Shown: piece by piece, positions 1-10,404 of the stretch | Position numbering within the stretch: position 1 is the stretch's first letter | Layout of the letters: each line of letters starts with the position of its first letter | Origin: Dehalococcoidia bacterium | Lineage (GTDB): Bacteria > Chloroflexota > Dehalococcoidia > Lucifugimonadales > VXLM01 | Direction: 5' to 3' | DNA length: 64,000 nucleotides | Assembly: GCA_963662435.1 (NCBI GenBank) | Contig: OY759598.1 | Span: 2,140,507 to 2,204,506, forward strand | Position numbers and translations under genes: made by a program | The notes under the pieces: generated by a model | Databases searched by the model: none | Told to the model about the DNA's origin: nothing | The model's input: the letters and a program-made list of their open reading frames with translations, nothing else

Positions 1-3000
1 GAGATTGTCAGGAAGTCGGCGGTCGAGGCACTTCGTACCGTTGATCCCAAGAGAGCCTTGGAGGGACTCCTAGATGCCTTGGACTACGCGAGTGAAAGCG
101 TCCGAGAGGCCGCCGCGGAGGCGCTGACCTATCTTGGTGATCCGGCGGCTGCAGACCCTCTGCTGGAGATTCTCCTCTTTGATGAGTCACGGGGACTGAG
201 GCAGGCCGCGGCTGAGGCCCTGCGCACCCTGGAACCAACACAGACGCTGGCGAAACTTCTTGAGTTTCTCGACGACGATAGTCCTGATAGACGACAGGCT
301 GCAGCACGTGCCTTGGGCCATCTCGGCGATTCGGCAGCGGTCGACGCGTTGGGGCGGATTGTCCTCTTCGATATCGATCCGGACTTGAGATGGGCTGCGG
401 TTACTGCGTTGGGCACTCTGGAAGATGAAGGCGTTTTTCAATACCTGCTGGAAGCGCTCCGAGACATCGACCCCCGTGTGCAGGAAGCGAGCGCGCAAGT
501 ATTGGGTGATCTTGGTGATGGACGCTCAGTCAGTCCTCTCATTGACGTCGCCCTCTTCGACGACGACCAAAGCGTAAGAGAAGCAGCCGCCCACGCACTG
601 GGTAGTTTGGAAGTCAACTACCAAAGAGCACTTACACGCCTGGTTGATGTTGCTGTCAGCGCCGACAATCCGTACGCAATATTACTAGCAGTAGATGCCT
701 TGGTTTGGCTCCTAAGCAATCCTGATACACGCGTTCTCGAGGCCACGCTGGAAGCACTGGGAGAGTTGGGACATTCCTCGGCGATTGATCCCCTGATTGG
801 GATGTTCCTATCTCATGACGATCAAGGTATCAGAGGAGCCGCCGGCCAAGCTCTCTTGGCACTGGCAGCCGCAGGCTCCGATGCGTTCAACAAATTGGTC
901 GAGGCTGCGCTCGCCGGTGGTGACGAGAGCGCTCGCGCGCCAATTGCGGACTTTCTCGTTGAAGCCCTCAACGATGATGAACCGCTCGTGCGTATAGCTG
1001 CGGCGGAAGCATTGGGACATCTGAATGAACCTGCCGGGCTCACTCCCTTGGGAGCCGCAGCTCGTTCCGATGTGGATGCGCGGGTTAGGCAAGCGGCAGC
1101 CAGGGCCCTTGGGAAACTGAATTATCAAAGGTCGTTGGAGCTTCTGTTGGAGGTGCTCCATGACTCTGATTCCGACGTGCGAAACGCCGCAGTCGAAGCG
1201 CTGGGGGAACTGGGATACCCCGAGGCGGTCCCTCAGCTATTGCAAGTGGCCCTTTTCGATGGTGGCGAGCAAGTCAGGCAGTCTGCTGTCAAAGTGTTGA
1301 AAGACTTGGATCCGGTCTCGTCATTAGCGTTCCTGCTGTTTTCTCTGGTAAACCCGGACTCCTACATACGGAGCTCAGCCGTTGGTGCATTGACAATGTA
1401 CGGCGGTAGTGAGGTTTTTGATCCTCTGCTTAACGCCGCCCTTACGGATGAGAGTTCGGAAGTGAGGGGGAAAGCTGTCGAAGCTCTCAACCGATTGGAG
1501 CCTGCAAGGGCGTTGGATGCCTTACTTGATGTCCTCGATGACGCTGATCCAAGTGCAAGAAGTGCTGCCGTTGAAGCCTTTGGAAACCTCGGGAATCTGG
1601 ATGTGTTTGAACCTCTTATTAAAGTAGCTCTTACTGACGACATCGCCGACATACGTCTGATGGCAGTAGAAGTGGTTGATGCCCTCAACACCGTCAAGAC
1701 CAAAGAGACATTGATAGAAGCGCTCAGCAATTCGGACCCACGGACGAGGCAGGCTGCCGCGGAAGCATTCGGGATTCTCGGCCCTGGCGGCGTTGGAGTG
1801 GTCGAGGCGCTCCTGGCAACCGTTGCCGACTCCGACCCGTTCGTGAGAGAAGCTGCCCTGAGAGCCCTCGAACCCTTTGGCAATGCCGTCAGGCTGGAGA
1901 GTGGCGGGATTCTAGTCCCCATTTCCGGGGAATACGCCATAGTGCAAGGAACAACTGCGAGGCAGGCGACCGAACCCACTATCCAGCCGATAATGCAAGT
2001 CCACGATGCTGGCCACACAAGTTATTTGCGCGTCGCTACCGGGGATGTCTACAACAACGGCTATTGGGTCCAGCAAGACCCGGTTTCGGTGCCATTTGAA
2101 GATTACGACCATATCCCGGGTCTGGTTCGGGCGGTCATAGATGGTTCTGATGAAGAATTAGGTGCGCTGCCCTCGGAACGCCGAAACCTTGCGCTGCTGG
2201 CCGGCTACGAGACGACACCTCGAATCTCTAATACCAACTCGATAAGTGTACAGTCAATAGGTTATCGGTTCGTGCCGGACTTGGCTGTGCCGTCGTCGCT
2301 TCACCTGAGGGACGTATCACAATCCGGGAACCTCAGACCATTCAGCGCTACGATGACACTCGACTCCGAACGCAGAGGCTACACATGGAACTCTTCAGTT
2401 CCAATCTTTACGCAGTCGCAGTTGACCCAGGCAAGATTGGCGTCCGACTCAACTTACACAGAGTTGCCGGACGATCTTCCTGATCGTATAGAGCGGCTTG
2501 CCGTCCAGATCTCGGAACTGCACCAGAGTCCCTATGCGAAAGCCAGGGCAATTGAATCGTACCTAACCAGCGAGTACACGTATGCCTTTGCCGACCCCTC
2601 AAACATCGATCCGGTGCCGGAAGGCCGGGATCCCGTGGACTGGTTCCTCTTCGACCATAAGGAGGGTACGTGCGGAAACTTTAGCAGCGCTTTCGTCCTG
2701 CTGGCGAGGTCAATTGGACTACCGGCTCGGGTCGTCTCGGGATGGACCATTACCCCAACCAATGAACTTCAAACTGTGAATTCGAATCAGGCCCACCAGT
2801 GGGCTGAGGTAGCCTTTGAGGGTCTGGGATGGATCACATTCGATCCTACTGTTGCCGAAGGAGCTCCGTCTCGAACGGAGGAGATCGTGGACGACGGGGA
2901 AGGACAGGGCGGTTCCCGTGGGCAGGTGGAAGCGCTTTTGAGCAGTGATGACCCTAACGTCAGGGCTGAGGCGGCACAGGCTCTCGGTGAATCCGGTGAT

Positions 3001-6000
3001 GGCAACGCGGTTGACGCCTTGGTGACAGCGCTCAGCGACTCCGACGCGACAGTACGGGCGGAAGCGGCAAGTGCATTGGAAGGCATCGGCGCCTCGGTAG
3101 TCGCGTTGGAGAACGGTGGATCTCTGATAATTAACGAAGACTTGGGGTACTGGGTGCCCGGTACGACTACGGCCCAAGCGGCCGGCCTTGCCCAGAATCC
3201 GATTTTCGAAGTGCGAGGAGCCGCACACACTGGCTACTTGAGGACTGCGGTCGGCGATGTCTATGAAAATGGTTGGTGGCGTCAGTTAGACCCGGTTGAA
3301 ATGGGATTTAGGCCGCCAGGTGTAGTTTCGGAAGTGGTGTTGTCCGCTATTGGACAGGCAGCAGGGCCATTCTCAGCAATGTCGGAAGAACGCCTCGACC
3401 TTGCCTTGCTGACTAAATTCCAGACAACTCCTCGCACGACCTACACGGAAGTTATCAGCATATCTCCCTTGGGCTCCATCACGAACATCCCCGCCGGAAC
3501 ATTGCCAACTTCGCCACACCTAGAGACACTGAACATTCCAGGCATGCTTTGGCCATACAGTAAGACTTTGTCTTCGGACAATTCGGTGCCGAGCTATTCA
3601 TGGACTTCGCTCGTGCCGCAATACGACCAAGACCAGTTAGCTGGCGCGGAGCCTTCCTCTGATTCGACCTATACACAGTTGCCGGATGACTTGCCATCCC
3701 GAATACGTGAGCTTGCCGTCGAAATCACTAGTGACCATGTCGGCACATATGCAAAGGCGCAAGCCATCGCGGCATATCTCGGAACCAACTACCCCTACCG
3801 CCTTGCCGACTCGCTTGACGACTTCCCGCCAGCCGGTCGGGATCCCGTGGACTGGTTCCTTTTTGACCATAAAGAAGGTACTTGTGGAGTCTATAGCAGT
3901 GCCTTCGTGGTTCTCGCGAGGTCCGTTGGGATACCTTCTCGTGTCGTGTCGGGTTGGATGATCAGCGAAAATGCCGGAAGTCAAACGGTCTACAGCGATC
4001 AAGGCCACCAGTGGGCCGAGGTGGCACTCGCCGGGATAGGGTGGGTAACGTTTGAGCCCACGGCCTCGGGCGGTGCCCCCACGCGTGTCGTGCGGAGGAG
4101 TCAAACCACAAGTGTGGGCGAGACCGAATCGACTGTCAGGACAAATGAAAGTATCGGGGACGATGCTCCAACGCCTACACCGCCGCCTACTCCGGTGGTC
4201 CACGATACGGTAGTCGAGATTACCGAGTGGCCTAGCCAGGCACGAAAGGCGCTCCCTTTCACCATCGCAGGTACGGTGCTGACCACCACCGGCGCCCCCG
4301 TCGACGGACTTGACGTTGAGATATTCATCAACGAGAAGAAAGAACAGGGCGGTACTAAGGTTGGTTTCGGCACAGCGAACAGTGGCAGGTTTGAGATAGT
4401 CATTCAGGTTCCGAAGGCGTTCGAAGGCGGTAACTATCAGCTGATCGCCCATGCCATTGGCAACTCCTCCTACAATGAGTCGTGGAGTGACCCCGAAATC
4501 TCTATCTACTCCGGAACGGAATTCGAACTGACGGGTCCGTCCCAGTTGCCCGTCGATACCGAGGCGGTCTTTAGGGGGAAACTCTTCGATGAGACAGGCG
4601 TCGCTGTCGCCGGATACAGCGTCGATGTCAAGATAGACGATATCGGACAGCCGCCGATGTCAACCGACTCTCAAGGCGTCTTCAGGTTCACCACAACTTT
4701 CGATGAGCCGGGCTTCCATCTCATTGAGGTCTCTTTTGAAGAGAGCGAATTCCTCCTGGGCAACGTCGCTCGGTTCCCGGTGGAAGTGACGTTGCCTACT
4801 CGTATCACCCTCGGCGTCCCGCCGCACGTGGGGATAAACGATAACTTTCTGGTCGAAGGAGCACTGCGCGACACTCGAGGTCACCCGTTAGCCGATAGAG
4901 AGATTCTTCTCACAGTAGGCGAATTGTTCAGTGACCTCTTATGGACCGATGCACAGGGAGCCTTTCAGATTCCCTATGTTCTAGATGATCCCGGCGACTA
5001 CACGGTCACCGCTGAATACAGGGGAGAAGGCCCCATCTTGTTCTCCACTGCCCAAGCCAAAGTGGCGGTACGCGCCATACCGGACCTGGCATTCTGGGGT
5101 CCCCAGAGGATAGGAGTGGGTGTGATTGGGAACTTCGCGGGTGAAATCCATTCCAACGAAGGCGCGCCAATTGCCGACGCCGGAATCACGATAGAGGCTT
5201 CCGGAAGCGATGAGGTGACAACCGTAACATCCGACGCCAACGGGGCCTTCGAATTCCAGCGATCATTTGGCCTGACGGGTCCGGCGAAATTGGTGGCGAA
5301 CTTCCAAGCGGACAACTGGCTACCCGCTTCGAGCAGTGTGACGGTTACGGTCGTGCAGCACACTTCCCTAACGGTAAGTGGAGCCAAGACCGCTGTTCTG
5401 GGGCACCCCTATTTAATTGAGGGAGTTCTACGCAGCACGAGTGGGAATCCCATCTTGAAGGGATCGGTGCTAGTCGAGGTGGATGGTCAGATGGCGGCAA
5501 GACTCGATACGGGACCCAACGGAGTCTTCTCCTGGGAAACGACATTTCTCCAACCCTCCGAGCCGACAATTAACGTGAGATTTCCAGGCACTGAAACTCT
5601 CGATCCTGCCCAGGCGGTTCTGAACTTGACTGTTGGTGCCCCTTCGGTGGTCGTAGAGCCACCTGAACCGGTGATTAGAGGTGACACACTTACGTTGAGG
5701 GGAGTCGTGGTCGTTGGTGATCGGCTGACGCCGAACACGCAAATCGTCGTTCCTGGGAACGACCCCGTCCAAACCAATCCTGCGGGGGCTTTCGTCATTA
5801 GGTTGCCTATCCCGACCGACGCAGAACCCGGAAGTAGGGAATTGGAACTCTCCGCACCCAGCTTGAGCGCCACTGCAAGAGTTCCCATTACGATAAATGT
5901 TCCCACTGAGTTGGAAGTCAACGTACCTAGCTCAGTTGCTGTCGGAGAAGATTTCGTGGTCCGCGGTACTCTCCGAGACGACCGAAGAGAACCCCTGGCC

Positions 6001-8097
6001 GGCATGTCTATCGATCTCAAAGTTGGTGAATTCCAACATGGCGTTCTTGAGACCGATCAGCAGGGCAATTTCGAAGTCACACACAGGGTCGACCGGCCGG
6101 GCGAGCTTGTTGCCAATGTCGAATTCAAAGGTACAGGGTTAGCGCTGCAGTCTCGTACTAATGCAAATATCCGAGCTCGATACCGCGCCGAACTACTCTT
6201 GAGTGGGCCGCCCGAAATCGAACTCGCGAAAACTGCCGCCATTGCCGGCAAGTTGATCTCGGCCTCCGGGGCGCCCATAGCTTCAGCGGTCGTGCATATT
6301 GACGATGCGCGTGGAAGACGTTTAGCGACCGTGTCGCCTGATGAAAGCGGTACATTCGAATTCTCTCTGACATTCGATGAGACGGGGCTCATAGCACTGA
6401 CCGCAAGTATTGATGCCGAAGGTACATGGTCACCCAGTTCGGCGGCCCTCACAGCTAAAGTCGTTATTCCAACCCACATTTCCTTTCAAGGGCCGAAGAC
6501 TGCGCTGATCGACAAGCCGTATCTTCTTGAGGGATTCCTGAAAGACGTTAACGGGACTCCGATTTCCGGTGAGCCCGTGACTATCGAAATCGACGGCGTA
6601 CCTGTGACCACACTGACGACCCGGGCGGACGGAGCCTTCTCATGGGAGACGGTCTTCGACTCGGTGGGGGAAACCGTCGTGAGTGTCGGTTTTGAAGGCA
6701 CGGATCATCTCGACTCAGACGAGGTCGACCTCCGCGTATTTGCCGGAGTCCCTTCCCTTGTCGTTGAAACGCCGGAACCGATCGCTCGCGGCGACAGGCT
6801 ATTGATTCGGGGATCGGTAACAGTAGGGAGTGAAGTCATCTCCCATGCCGGCATCACTGTCGGTGGCAAGGCGATAACTCAATCAAGCCTGGCGGGAACC
6901 TTTGTCATTCACCATCCGATTGCCTCGGACGCTCAGAGAGGTAGCTTTGAAATTGAGGTTGCCGCTCCCAGCTTGAACGTATCCACGCGAGTACCTGTTC
7001 AGATCAAGTCGACCACAAGCGTAGTCTTGTTCCCCTTGGAAAAGGTCAAGTTGGGTCAACCATTGATTCTCGAGGCCAAGCTCTTGGATGACCGCAGGGA
7101 AGGCATTCCGGGTGCCATCCTTCGCGTTGGCGGGAGTAATGTGGTGACCACGGACTCGGCGGGAGTCTCCATGGTAACGATGCAGACCCCTCTGGACGGT
7201 GAAGCGTCAGGTTTCCCCGTCGAGGTCGTGTTCGAAGGGGACGACACCCACTTCCCATCGACATATTCCCTACACCTGCCAATTCCTGAAGAGCCTTTCA
7301 ATTGGTGGCTATGGGTTGGACTTCCGCTCATGCTGGTCACGGGTCCACTGGCGGCGTACTTGGTGGGCCGTCGTACTTCAACGACTCGGACCGTTTCCGT
7401 AGAGTCCAGCGAAATTGCGGCTGAAGTAGAAACTCGCCCGACTCCGGCGAAAGTCGAACAAGCTTCCGTTGCGGAATCACTACAACCCGCACTGGTGCCG
7501 GAGGTGGAGGAACCGGTCAAAGAGCCTGTGCAAACACATATTGAAGTGGCGTTCAAGAAACCCGACGACGACCTCCCAAGTGTATGGAATGTTGGTGAGA
7601 AAATTCAGGTGCTCTGTACTCTCAAAGACACTGATGGTGTAGGTATCTTCGGCCGGGAACTGCACGTGACGCTTCCAGGATCCGAGACCCCGTTGGAAAT
7701 GGTCACCGACCAGAGCGGACACTGCACTACATCACTGGATGCGGACTCCACCGGCGAGTTCAGGATAACGGCCAAGTTCTTCGGAATCCAAGGTGACCTC
7801 CATCCTTCAACCGCATTTGGGGAGTACCGCGTGGTTGAATTCCGTGAAGAGATCGTTCGGTTGTATAACGTATTCCTAGAACGGGCGGGTCAGAGGGTGA
7901 CCGGACTCTCAGATCAGTCGACTCCACGAGAGGCGGAATTGCTGGTCGCCACGAGCGGCGTCCCGGTTGACGAGAGAGCACTGGAGGAACTTATCGCACG
8001 ATTCGAGGAAGCCGACTACAGCGAGCACGAAATCGGCCGTAGGCAGTACGAAGCTATGTATAGGGCTTGGTCGACCATAGCTGGAGAATGGACCTAA
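1..8097 (+). CDS. Giant membrane-anchored protein, 5'-partial: HEAT/PBS-type repeats + two transglutaminase-like (TgpA-type) modules + ~11 Ig-like repeats + TM helix + C-terminal Ig-like and DUF4129-like domains
   Basis: The frame is open from base 1 (EIVRKSAVEALRTVDPKRAL...), so the start lies upstream. HEAT-type units (VREAAAEALGxLGD) run to ~1870 and recur at ~2920-3090. TGase-like motifs KEGTCGNFSSAF...HQWAEV...GWITFDPT (Cys codon 2671) and KEGTCGVYSSAF...HQWAEV...GWVTFEPT (Cys codon 3883). PTPTPPPTP linker at ~4170-4195. ~90-aa beta-rich repeats (GxLxDxxGxPL...TDxxGxF). TM WWLWVGLPLMLVTGPLAAYLVGRR at ~7300-7372. Tail TPRE...FEEADYSEHEI. Confidence 0.88.
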   Translation, partial: EIVRKSAVEALRTVDPKRALEGLLDALDYASESVREAAAEALTYLGDPAAADPLLEILLFDESRGLRQAAAEALRTLEPTQTLAKLLEFLDDDSPDRRQAAARALGHLGDSAAVDALGRIVLFDIDPDLRWAAVTALGTLEDEGVFQYLLEALRDIDPRVQEASAQVLGDLGDGRSVSPLIDVALFDDDQSVREAAAHALGSLEVNYQRALTRLVDVAVSADNPYAILLAVDALVWLLSNPDTRVLEATLEALGELGHSSAIDPLIGMFLSHDDQGIRGAAGQALLALAAAGSDAFNKLVEAALAGGDESARAPIADFLVEALNDDEPLVRIAAAEALGHLNEPAGLTPLGAAARSDVDARVRQAAARALGKLNYQRSLELLLEVLHDSDSDVRNAAVEALGELGYPEAVPQLLQVALFDGGEQVRQSAVKVLKDLDPVSSLAFLLFSLVNPDSYIRSSAVGALTMYGGSEVFDPLLNAALTDESSEVRGKAVEALNRLEPARALDALLDVLDDADPSARSAAVEAFGNLGNLDVFEPLIKVALTDDIADIRLMAVEVVDALNTVKTKETLIEALSNSDPRTRQAAAEAFGILGPGGVGVVEALLATVADSDPFVREAALRALEPFGNAVRLESGGILVPISGEYAIVQGTTARQATEPTIQPIMQVHDAGHTSYLRVATGDVYNNGYWVQQDPVSVPFEDYDHIPGLVRAVIDGSDEELGALPSERRNLALLAGYETTPRISNTNSISVQSIGYRFVPDLAVPSSLHLRDVSQSGNLRPFSATMTLDSERRGYTWNSSVPIFTQSQLTQARLASDSTYTELPDDLPDRIERLAVQISELHQSPYAKARAIESYLTSEYTYAFADPSNIDPVPEGRDPVDWFLFDHKEGTCGNFSSAFVLLARSIGLPARVVSGWTITPTNELQTVNSNQAHQWAEVAFEGLGWITFDPTVAEGAPSRTEEIVDDGEGQGGSRGQVEALLSSDDPNVRAEAAQALGESGDGNAVDALVTALSDSDATVRAEAASALEGIGASVVALENGGSLIINEDLGYWVPGTTTAQAAGLAQNPIFEVRGAAHTGYLRTAVGDVYENGWWRQLDPVEMGFRPPGVVSEVVLSAIGQAAGPFSAMSEERLDLALLTKFQTTPRTTYTEVISISPLGSITNIPAGTLPTSPHLETLNIPGMLWPYSKTLSSDNSVPSYSWTSLVPQYDQDQLAGAEPSSDSTYTQLPDDLPSRIRELAVEITSDHVGTYAKAQAIAAYLGTNYPYRLADSLDDFPPAGRDPVDWFLFDHKEGTCGVYSSAFVVLARSVGIPSRVVSGWMISENAGSQTVYSDQGHQWAEVALAGIGWVTFEPTASGGAPTRVVRRSQTTSVGETESTVRTNESIGDDAPTPTPPPTPVVHDTVVEITEWPSQARKALPFTIAGTVLTTTGAPVDGLDVEIFINEKKEQGGTKVGFGTANSGRFEIVIQVPKAFEGGNYQLIAHAIGNSSYNESWSDPEISIYSGTEFELTGPSQLPVDTEAVFRGKLFDETGVAVAGYSVDVKIDDIGQPPMSTDSQGVFRFTTTFDEPGFHLIEVSFEESEFLLGNVARFPVEVTLPTRITLGVPPHVGINDNFLVEGALRDTRGHPLADREILLTVGELFSDLLWTDAQGAFQIPYVLDDPGDYTVTAEYRGEGPILFSTAQAKVAVRAIPDLAFWGPQRIGVGVIGNFAGEIHSNEGAPIADAGITIEASGSDEVTTVTSDANGAFEFQRSFGLTGPAKLVANFQADNWLPASSSVTVTVVQHTSLTVSGAKTAVLGHPYLIEGVLRSTSGNPILKGSVLVEVDGQMAARLDTGPNGVFSWETTFLQPSEPTINVRFPGTETLDPAQAVLNLTVGAPSVVVEPPEPVIRGDTLTLRGVVVVGDRLTPNTQIVVPGNDPVQTNPAGAFVIRLPIPTDAEPGSRELELSAPSLSATARVPITINVPTELEVNVPSSVAVGEDFVVRGTLRDDRREPLAGMSIDLKVGEFQHGVLETDQQGNFEVTHRVDRPGELVANVEFKGTGLALQSRTNANIRARYRAELLLSGPPEIELAKTAAIAGKLISASGAPIASAVVHIDDARGRRLATVSPDESGTFEFSLTFDETGLIALTASIDAEGTWSPSSAALTAKVVIPTHISFQGPKTALIDKPYLLEGFLKDVNGTPISGEPVTIEIDGVPVTTLTTRADGAFSWETVFDSVGETVVSVGFEGTDHLDSDEVDLRVFAGVPSLVVETPEPIARGDRLLIRGSVTVGSEVISHAGITVGGKAITQSSLAGTFVIHHPIASDAQRGSFEIEVAAPSLNVSTRVPVQIKSTTSVVLFPLEKVKLGQPLILEAKLLDDRREGIPGAILRVGGSNVVTTDSAGVSMVTMQTPLDGEASGFPVEVVFEGDDTHFPSTYSLHLPIPEEPFNWWLWVGLPLMLVTGPLAAYLVGRRTSTTRTVSVESSEIAAEVETRPTPAKVEQASVAESLQPALVPEVEEPVKEPVQTHIEVAFKKPDDDLPSVWNVGEKIQVLCTLKDTDGVGIFGRELHVTLPGSETPLEMVTDQSGHCTTSLDADSTGEFRITAKFFGIQGDLHPSTAFGEYRVVEFREEIVRLYNVFLERAGQRVTGLSDQSTPREAELLVATSGVPVDERALEELIARFEEADYSEHEIGRRQYEAMYRAWSTIAGEWT

Positions 8098-8100
8098 GCA

Positions 8101-10404
8101 GTGAAGCCTGAGCATCGCTTGATTCTAGCGATTGTGCGAACGTCCGTCTTGATGGCCGTTTCGGTACTGTTGCACGACATAGGTCCTCTCTTCGATGGAT
8201 CTACTGTGTCGTCGCCTAACTCGAACGGCGAACCGGTGCTAGGGGCGGTTCTCCATTTCAACTATCTGGCTTGGCCGATGGCTCTAGCTGCCGGACTTGG
8301 TCTGATCAGAAGTTTCGTCCATTGGATTCAGACCAATGACCGGCAGTTAAGTTTGCTCAATCGAGTCGGCGTCCAAGAACCAACTGACCAGAGGAGACAG
8401 GGGCAGCCGAACCAGGTGCTCGAAATTGCCCACGCCTTGCTGGGGAACGCAGTGTGGCTTGTGTTGATTCTGGGACTTCTGCTCGCTGTTCCGCAGCTGC
8501 CGTCTACCGTCGCCGCACTGCCAGGCGGCCTTGATGTGAGTGAAGTACGGCCTTATTTGGACGTCTTTGAAAGCATGGCGCCGTGGGCATTCTGGACTCT
8601 AGCGACTGTTGCGCTTGTTCGCACTATCACCACTCTGGCCACGGTGGTAGGGCGGATTGCGCCAGTCCCATATGTTCGTCTCATGGGACTAGGTGGTGCC
8701 TATTTGCTCATGGCTAAAGACGGAGTCTTGGCCACGGGATTCCAATTCCGGAGTCCCCAGCTCTTGTTGATGGTAGCCTTGGCGTTTGGACTGCCATACC
8801 TTGCCAGTGTCCTTAATAGGGCATTCGCAGAATTCAAAACGGATTCGACACCTAAGGGCTTCAAATCACACCTCTTGAGCATGCTGCCTAAGCTAGTCTC
8901 CGTTTCGGCTGGCGGCTGTGCAGGCGCGGCGTTGACGTGGGGCCTGCTGAATTCTCTACCGGAACTTAGTGCTGCCCTTTTGGCACACGGCCTAACCTCG
9001 GGGTTTGGCGAATCAAGCCTTCTTCACTTTGGACAGCTTTACGACTTGCGCCATCTCTTCTCCGCCTCCGTATTGGTCCTGGTCGCGGGTACAAGGCTCC
9101 CCCATGATCCCGAATCAAACTCAGTGACAAACTATCGACCCTACGTGACGGCTGTCGGACTGACCCTTGCGGGGTATGCATGCTGGCTGTTGGGAGCGAG
9201 ACTGGCCCCTCTGGGTCACGGCTACCTTCTCATCGGAGGCTCGGTGGCAGTTGGTTTATTCTTCGTGGCGTTAGGGGAGTTGACTTACTATGTACAGCTT
9301 ACTTCTCTTGAGTCGGTATCTCGCGTAGCCAATTGGCTGACACAGTCCAGGGTTAGAGCGTTCCTGACCGGCGGGTCCATCGGCTCCTACTTCCTCCTGT
9401 TTCGACCCCTGTTCTATGAAATCCTTTGGTTCGCTCAGCTTTTTGAATGGGTCGTCGTCGTTGCAATCACCGTTATCGTGTTGAAGGGGATCACCGACAG
9501 AGTCAAGAGCTCGGTTGTTTCGGAAAATCGTGAGCCGGACCCTTGGATGAGTTGGGCAAGGCACGGTCAGACGGTCAAAGTGTTGCCGGACGCGAGATTT
9601 GAAGCAATTCTCAGCCTTCACCGTCTATTTCTTGAGACAGGAAATTGGAGGCCAATCTGGACGTATTTGCTGGGGCTCATGTTCCGGAACGGGGTGAGAC
9701 CTGAGGACGCCCAGTCAGTATTTCTTCCGCTGAGTGAATACTCTGCATCCTCAGGCAACAAGCTCTTCTACGCCGGACTGGGGTCGAAGAGAGGCAAACG
9801 CGAGGAGGTCCTGTTGGAAACTTATCAGGTGGCCCGCGTGGCGCTTTCCCACCCTTCAATACACGTGGACACTATCGATGAGCAGGTCCTAAGAGCTATT
9901 GGGGAGCCCTTTGCCAAGGAAGATGGCCGGCCCGATTCCTTGGCAGTTATGTTGGCAGCCACCTACTGGCAAAGCGGAGCTAGTCTCACCCACGCGATTG
10001 AACTCTGGTTTCCCCTCATTGCCCTTAAGGACTTCAGGCCAAGGTGGTTTTACGGGCCACGTGCCAGAACGGAAATTAGACAGCGCAACCGCGTGCGTCG
10101 ACAGCGGATAGTCGACGGAGCGATAGCTCATCTCTTCGGCGAGGATACTGAGGAATGCTTGCCTCTTGCCATCATTGGCAATGAAGCTGCGATTTTCTCT
10201 AAGGCTCGAACGGACGACAAGATCTCCCCGGTGGGTCTACTGAAACAAGGCCAGGCTATTGAGATTACAGGAGAGACCCAGACGACCTATAAGATTCGCA
10301 CAGGCGACGGCGTTGAAGGTTACATTGAGACACAAGACCTGGTACGTCAGCCTCTCCTGCCAAAAGACCTCGAAGGACAAAGGAGTCAGAATGAACGACC
10401 TTGA
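8101..10404 (+). CDS. Polytopic membrane protein with soluble C-terminal region ending in an SH3b-like domain
   Basis: 767-aa ORF starting 3 nt after the giant gene. Many hydrophobic helices in the first ~465 aa. The C-terminus LLKQGQAIEITGETQTTYKIRTGDGVEGYIETQDL fits the bacterial SH3 pattern. Confidence 0.7.
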   Translation: MKPEHRLILAIVRTSVLMAVSVLLHDIGPLFDGSTVSSPNSNGEPVLGAVLHFNYLAWPMALAAGLGLIRSFVHWIQTNDRQLSLLNRVGVQEPTDQRRQGQPNQVLEIAHALLGNAVWLVLILGLLLAVPQLPSTVAALPGGLDVSEVRPYLDVFESMAPWAFWTLATVALVRTITTLATVVGRIAPVPYVRLMGLGGAYLLMAKDGVLATGFQFRSPQLLLMVALAFGLPYLASVLNRAFAEFKTDSTPKGFKSHLLSMLPKLVSVSAGGCAGAALTWGLLNSLPELSAALLAHGLTSGFGESSLLHFGQLYDLRHLFSASVLVLVAGTRLPHDPESNSVTNYRPYVTAVGLTLAGYACWLLGARLAPLGHGYLLIGGSVAVGLFFVALGELTYYVQLTSLESVSRVANWLTQSRVRAFLTGGSIGSYFLLFRPLFYEILWFAQLFEWVVVVAITVIVLKGITDRVKSSVVSENREPDPWMSWARHGQTVKVLPDARFEAILSLHRLFLETGNWRPIWTYLLGLMFRNGVRPEDAQSVFLPLSEYSASSGNKLFYAGLGSKRGKREEVLLETYQVARVALSHPSIHVDTIDEQVLRAIGEPFAKEDGRPDSLAVMLAATYWQSGASLTHAIELWFPLIALKDFRPRWFYGPRARTEIRQRNRVRRQRIVDGAIAHLFGEDTEECLPLAIIGNEAAIFSKARTDDKISPVGLLKQGQAIEITGETQTTYKIRTGDGVEGYIETQDLVRQPLLPKDLEGQRSQNERP

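Noticed and set aside
58..1880. Phycobiliprotein lyase function for the HEAT/PBS repeats
   Set aside because: There is no phycobilisome context; the repeats are a scaffold inside a multidomain protein.
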